Of a stretch of 64,000 nt of DNA, positions 60,109 to 64,000 are shown one piece after another. A program made the position numbers and the translations under genes. The first letter of the stretch is position 1. Each line of letters begins with the position of its first letter. The stretch covers positions 1,408,001 through 1,472,000 of the forward strand of contig OY970393.1 of NCBI GenBank assembly GCA_963720465.1, read 5' to 3'. The notes beneath the pieces are model-generated. The model did no database searches, was not told the origin of the DNA, and saw nothing but the letters and a program-made list of their open reading frames with translations. Source of the DNA: Methanobacteriota archaeon (GTDB taxonomy: Archaea; Halobacteriota; Bog-38; Methanoflorentales; Methanoflorentaceae).

Positions 60109-60931
60109 CCCGTCCTACCATATGCAAAAAACGTTCAATTTCGCCGTGGAATCGCTCATCTTGCAAAAAAAGCTCAATATTTGCTTTTATCCAGTCAACC
60201 TTATTTCCTATGTCGTACCTTGAACCTCTGTAAATGTACGCGTATCTCATCTCGTCAAGCTTACGAAGTGCATCGGTAAGCTGAATCTCATCTCCTTTTC
60301 CCGGCGGGGTTTTTTCGATTGCTTTGAATATTGCCGGAGTCAGGATATATCTTCCCAAGATCGCTAAGTTTGACGGTGCGCTCTCCGCAAGAGGCTTTTC
60401 CACCAGATCTTCAACGAGCAGCACGTCTTTTTTAATTTCCTTGCCTTGAACTACCCCATAGCTGCTTATTTTCTCCATAGAAACCTCTTCAACGGCTATG
60501 ATAGATTTCCTAAAAGTCTCATATTTCGCTGTTAGTTCTCGTAAACACTCGGGGATGGTTATAGTGTCACCTAACAGCAGGGCAAATGGCTCGTCCCCGA
60601 CAAAGCTTTTAGCGTAGTAGACGGCATCTCCAAGCCCTTTTGGGGCCCTCTGGCGGGTATAAAAAAGACTCACTTCGTCCATCATTTCATCTATTTCAAG
60701 CAAGTACCTGTTGTCAATTGTCCCTCTATCGAAGTGATCTTCTATGGCTCGTTTGTTTCGTCCCGTTATTATCAGGATGTCCTTTATCCCAGAAGATAGC
60801 GCTTCTTCGACAACGTATTGGATCACCGGCTTGTCAACGACAGGTAGCATCTCCTTTGGCTGCGCTTTCGTTGCTGGCAGAAGTCTCGTCCCGAAGCCCG
60901 CTGCCGGTATGACGGCTTTTCTTATCATCAT
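60083..60931 (-). CDS. galU: UTP--glucose-1-phosphate uridylyltransferase
   Basis: KAVIPAAGFGTRLLPATKAQPKEMLPVVDKP, GLGDAV, VEKP, GDEIQLTDAL. Confidence 0.95.
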   Translation of the reverse strand: MMIRKAVIPAAGFGTRLLPATKAQPKEMLPVVDKPVIQYVVEEALSSGIKDILIITGRNKRAIEDHFDRGTIDNRYLLEIDEMMDEVSLFYTRQRAPKGLGDAVYYAKSFVGDEPFALLLGDTITIPECLRELTAKYETFRKSIIAVEEVSMEKISSYGVVQGKEIKKDVLLVEDLVEKPLAESAPSNLAILGRYILTPAIFKAIEKTPPGKGDEIQLTDALRKLDEMRYAYIYRGSRYDIGNKVDWIKANIELFLQDERFHGEIERFLHMVGRDEDELERG

Positions 60932-61290
60932 GCTCCTATTGCACGAGACATTGAGGCTAACTCCGTGGCACTGATGGCACAGGCGGCCGGCCCCTTACCG
61001 GTGAGCTCTGGTGCTCTATATCAAACGACATCAATGTCGTGAGAGTTGCTATGCTGCGTCCCGCATCTCTTAACCGATTGTTAAGCAAAGCTGCGAACAA
61101 CACCGGGATGCTATTTGCCGAGTGGGCAGGACCGCGTGCGGCGTACTACTCAAAAAAGATCTTTGTTCAAAAGCTTTGTGATTGCTTTCTTGATTGCTAT
61201 TAATGGCAGGCAAGACCACCGAAGAACCGGAGCAGCGACTGAAGACGATCAAACGGAATCTTTACATACACTTCGGATGCATGGGGGCAC

Positions 61291-62661
61291 GTGATCTCGA
61301 CGCCACGCATTTCCATCGTTGGTACTGGTTACGTTGGATTGAGCACAGCGGTGTGTTTTTCGTCACGGGGTTATCAGGTCATTGCGTCGACAGTGAACCA
61401 AGACAAGGTGCGCATGATCAATGCCGCTCGGGCGCCATTTCACGAACCTATGCTGGATGATGCTTTAAAAAAATCCATCGAGTCTGGATACCTGCGCGCC
61501 GAAAAGAGCCGCACAGAGGCAGTACGCCACACTGACATGACGTTCCTAACTGTCGGCACTCCGGAACGAGCTGACGGGACGATCGATCTGCGTCACGTAA
61601 TCAGTGCAAGCGAGGACATTGGGCGAGCACTGAGAAACAAAGGCGCTTACCATCTGGTGATAGTCAAGAGCACCGTGACGCCCGGCACGACGAGAGATGT
61701 GGTGAAGCCAGCCCTTGAGCAGATGTCTGGACTAGCGGCAGGTCGCGATTTTGGCATATGTATGAATCCTGAATTCTTGCGTCAGGGCTCAGCAGTTAAG
61801 GATACGTTGCATCCCAATCGTGTGGTGATCGGAGAGTACGACGAGCGATCCGGCCAACTGCTTGCGGACTTTTTCGCGGAGTTCTACGAGCAATCTGTTC
61901 CCATGCTGAGAATGAGCCTCGAATCAGCGGAAATGGTGAAATACGCGAGCAACACCTTTCTCGCCACGAAGATATCGTATGCAAACGAGATGGCAAACAT
62001 TTGCGAGCACATTCCTAGAGTAGACGTATCGCAGGTGATGGCGGGGGTCGGGCTTGATGACAGGATTGGTCCAAAATTCCTCGCCGCGGGTGCGGGGTTT
62101 GGCGGTTCCTGCCTGCCAAAAGATGCAAAAGCGCTCTGTCGATTTGCACAAGCGTATGGTTATGCGGCACCCATCGTGCGCGCCGCCCTTACAGTAAACA
62201 ACGCTCAGCCCCGTCACGTCGCGCAGCTCGCGTTATCGACTCTCGGGGAGCCAGAAGGCAAGAAAGTCGCGCTTCTCGGCCTTGCGTTCAAACCGGATAC
62301 CGATGACCTGCGCGAGGCCCCCTCGTTGATCGTTGCCCGGGAACTCATGGCAGCCGGAGCCCACGTGAGCGCATTCGATCCTGTCGTCAAACAGGTACAC
62401 CTTGCCGGCTTTGACACGGTCGAGTATCCCTTATCTCTTACAGATTGCCTGGCAGGAGCGCACTGCTGTATCGTCATGACCGAGTGGGAACAGTTCAAAG
62501 GTCTTACCCCAGAAGACTTCATCAGTCAGATGGCTGCGCCGGTTGTGATCGATGCGCGACGGATCTACGACCCACAGCAGTTTCGCAACAAACTAACTTT
62601 TATCGCTATCGGTTTACATTCCGTTTCGGCGCTGGCAACCTCACGCGCGAGGTTGCGGTGA
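61291..62661 (+). CDS. ugd: UDP-glucose/GDP-mannose 6-dehydrogenase
   Basis: VGTGYVGL, VGTP, KSTVTPGTT, NPEFLRQG, KYASNTFLATKISYANE, GFGGSCLPKD, GLAFKPDTDDLREAPS. Confidence 0.92.
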   Translation: MISTPRISIVGTGYVGLSTAVCFSSRGYQVIASTVNQDKVRMINAARAPFHEPMLDDALKKSIESGYLRAEKSRTEAVRHTDMTFLTVGTPERADGTIDLRHVISASEDIGRALRNKGAYHLVIVKSTVTPGTTRDVVKPALEQMSGLAAGRDFGICMNPEFLRQGSAVKDTLHPNRVVIGEYDERSGQLLADFFAEFYEQSVPMLRMSLESAEMVKYASNTFLATKISYANEMANICEHIPRVDVSQVMAGVGLDDRIGPKFLAAGAGFGGSCLPKDAKALCRFAQAYGYAAPIVRAALTVNNAQPRHVAQLALSTLGEPEGKKVALLGLAFKPDTDDLREAPSLIVARELMAAGAHVSAFDPVVKQVHLAGFDTVEYPLSLTDCLAGAHCCIVMTEWEQFKGLTPEDFISQMAAPVVIDARRIYDPQQFRNKLTFIAIGLHSVSALATSRARLR

Positions 62662-63490
62662 TGGCCTTTGGACGCATCGTTCTTAGATTGGTCACGACCT
62701 TTGCGATCCTTTGTGCACGGGTCGATCTCGTCAGACCGGCCAATTGCGCTGACTGGTTGGACTAGCATGGTTGCCCCGCAGTGACCATAAAAAAGGGGAG
62801 GAACGAGCAGAGGTACCCAACGCTGCTCAACCTTATCGCTAACGCCCTGCTCAGTCCGCTCGCCGGCGTCCTTCTTCACAGAACATAGTCGACGTCTGCA
62901 CCGGCATGCGTGGCTATCGCCGAGACGTAGTTCGGCGCTTCGAGCTCGAAGCTCCGCGCTTTGACATCGCAAATTCTGCCACCTGAACTAGGTGTCGCTT
63001 TGCATCACTCGATTTGAGCGGTCGTAATTTATCTAAAGCTTCGCGGACGCAGGAGGTCGCTGTATAATGAAGATATTCGTCTAGGGAACGGTGCGTATCC
63101 TTCAGATACGCTGACTGTTCGAGTTTGCGCCAATTAGTGATATCACCGTGAATTTGATACGCGACGCCAAGGGTTTATGCATAGGCAGCCAAGCGCTGTG
63201 ATTTACGGGCGCCCGGTTTCCAGAGCACGTCTACATCCTTGACTCGGATTTCTCGGAGACGAAAATGAAGTTCGTTATCATAAAGGGTCAATTCACATTC
63301 TTGCTGAGCTGAGAAGAGAGCTCAGAAAACACGCAGACGTGCCGTAAGGCCTGTTAGGCAGTGACAGATTTCACATGCGCACGCAGGAGGTAATCGCACT
63401 CGCAGGACTCGCCGACAACCGGCGGGATCGCGACAGATCTCAATAAAAAATGCAGTTACTGCACTCTGGTAGGTAGTGCGTTTTCAGCGT

Positions 63491-64000
63491 CTAGATAAAT
63501 TCAAAGGAGGAAATCATCTGCTGTGCCGTCGAAATCTGTTCGTCATATTGTGCACTGGGCCCATAAAATTGAATCTCGTAGACCGAACTTCCTTTAACGG
63601 TCCACACTATTAGCGCTTTGTAGGGTTGTCCACCTACTTTAAACGTAAACACAAGTTCATACCCAGGCAGGCCGCCGAGTGAAGCAGTATGGTTCTCAAG
63701 TATACTGGTACTGGTGTCGCTTTTCTGAAGGCTGCTTATCAAGCTCGGGGCGAGGCTTTGAGGGTTTTTTCCCGATTGAGTGGCAATAATTTGAATCTGG
63801 AACGAAATGGCATCATTTCCGTGCTGGAACTCCGCGATAGTGGCGCCACCGGAATTTCCGATTAATTGCCAATCGCTCGGATAGCCCATTTCCACCCCAG
63901 CATTCTTGTCGGTATATGACAAGAAACCAGCCGGGACGCCAGGCGTCGGCGACTGCGTCGTTTGGCTCGTGCAACCAGCACTGCTGACTGCCACCGCCGT
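63491..64000 (-). CDS. PsbP-like/DUF1795-type lipoprotein (5' end outside the window)
   Basis: SAGC lipobox, YPSDW, LGGLPGYEL, QMISSFEF ending. Confidence 0.7.
   Translation of the reverse strand, partial: TAVAVSSAGCTSQTTQSPTPGVPAGFLSYTDKNAGVEMGYPSDWQLIGNSGGATIAEFQHGNDAISFQIQIIATQSGKNPQSLAPSLISSLQKSDTSTSILENHTASLGGLPGYELVFTFKVGGQPYKALIVWTVKGSSVYEIQFYGPSAQYDEQISTAQQMISSFEFI

Overview
Archaeal chromosomal window; gene content (SepCysS, archaeal ThrRS-editing domain, DUF2769, DUF2206, BRE/TATA promoters, GGTGA/GGAGG ribosome-binding sites) points to a methanogen-related Halobacteriota lineage (inference). 1-11 kb: sulfur/Fe-S/redox cluster (OAH/OAS sulfhydrylase, two COG2522-like Cys-containing HTH regulators, nadA, pscS, free-standing ThrRS editing domain with a Cys-rich tail, iscU, three tandem thioredoxin-fold lipoproteins, MarC, three DUF2769-like proteins). 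11-18 kb: rmlD/rmlA, a YtfJ/GerW-like gene, class III ribonucleotide reductase nrdD and an NrdH-like glutaredoxin. 18.4-41.5 kb: a ~23-kb surface-glycosylation island (GT2/GT4, methyltransferases, DUF2206, GH113-like hydrolase with Ig repeats, flippase) bracketed by two diverged inverted modules, each an 11-bp-period repeat + AT-rich block + inward-facing HTH gene. 41.5-50 kb: DJ-1/PfpI, flippase, Dol-P-Man synthase-like GT, acs, ppa, RyR-domain fragment. 51-63 kb: second glycan cluster (GTs, flippase, UDP-glucuronate decarboxylase, galU, ugd). Several genes carry 1-2 nt indels that may be consensus errors. No rRNA, tRNA, CRISPR array or intact transposase/integrase was recognised. All family assignments are from motif recognition by eye, not database searches.
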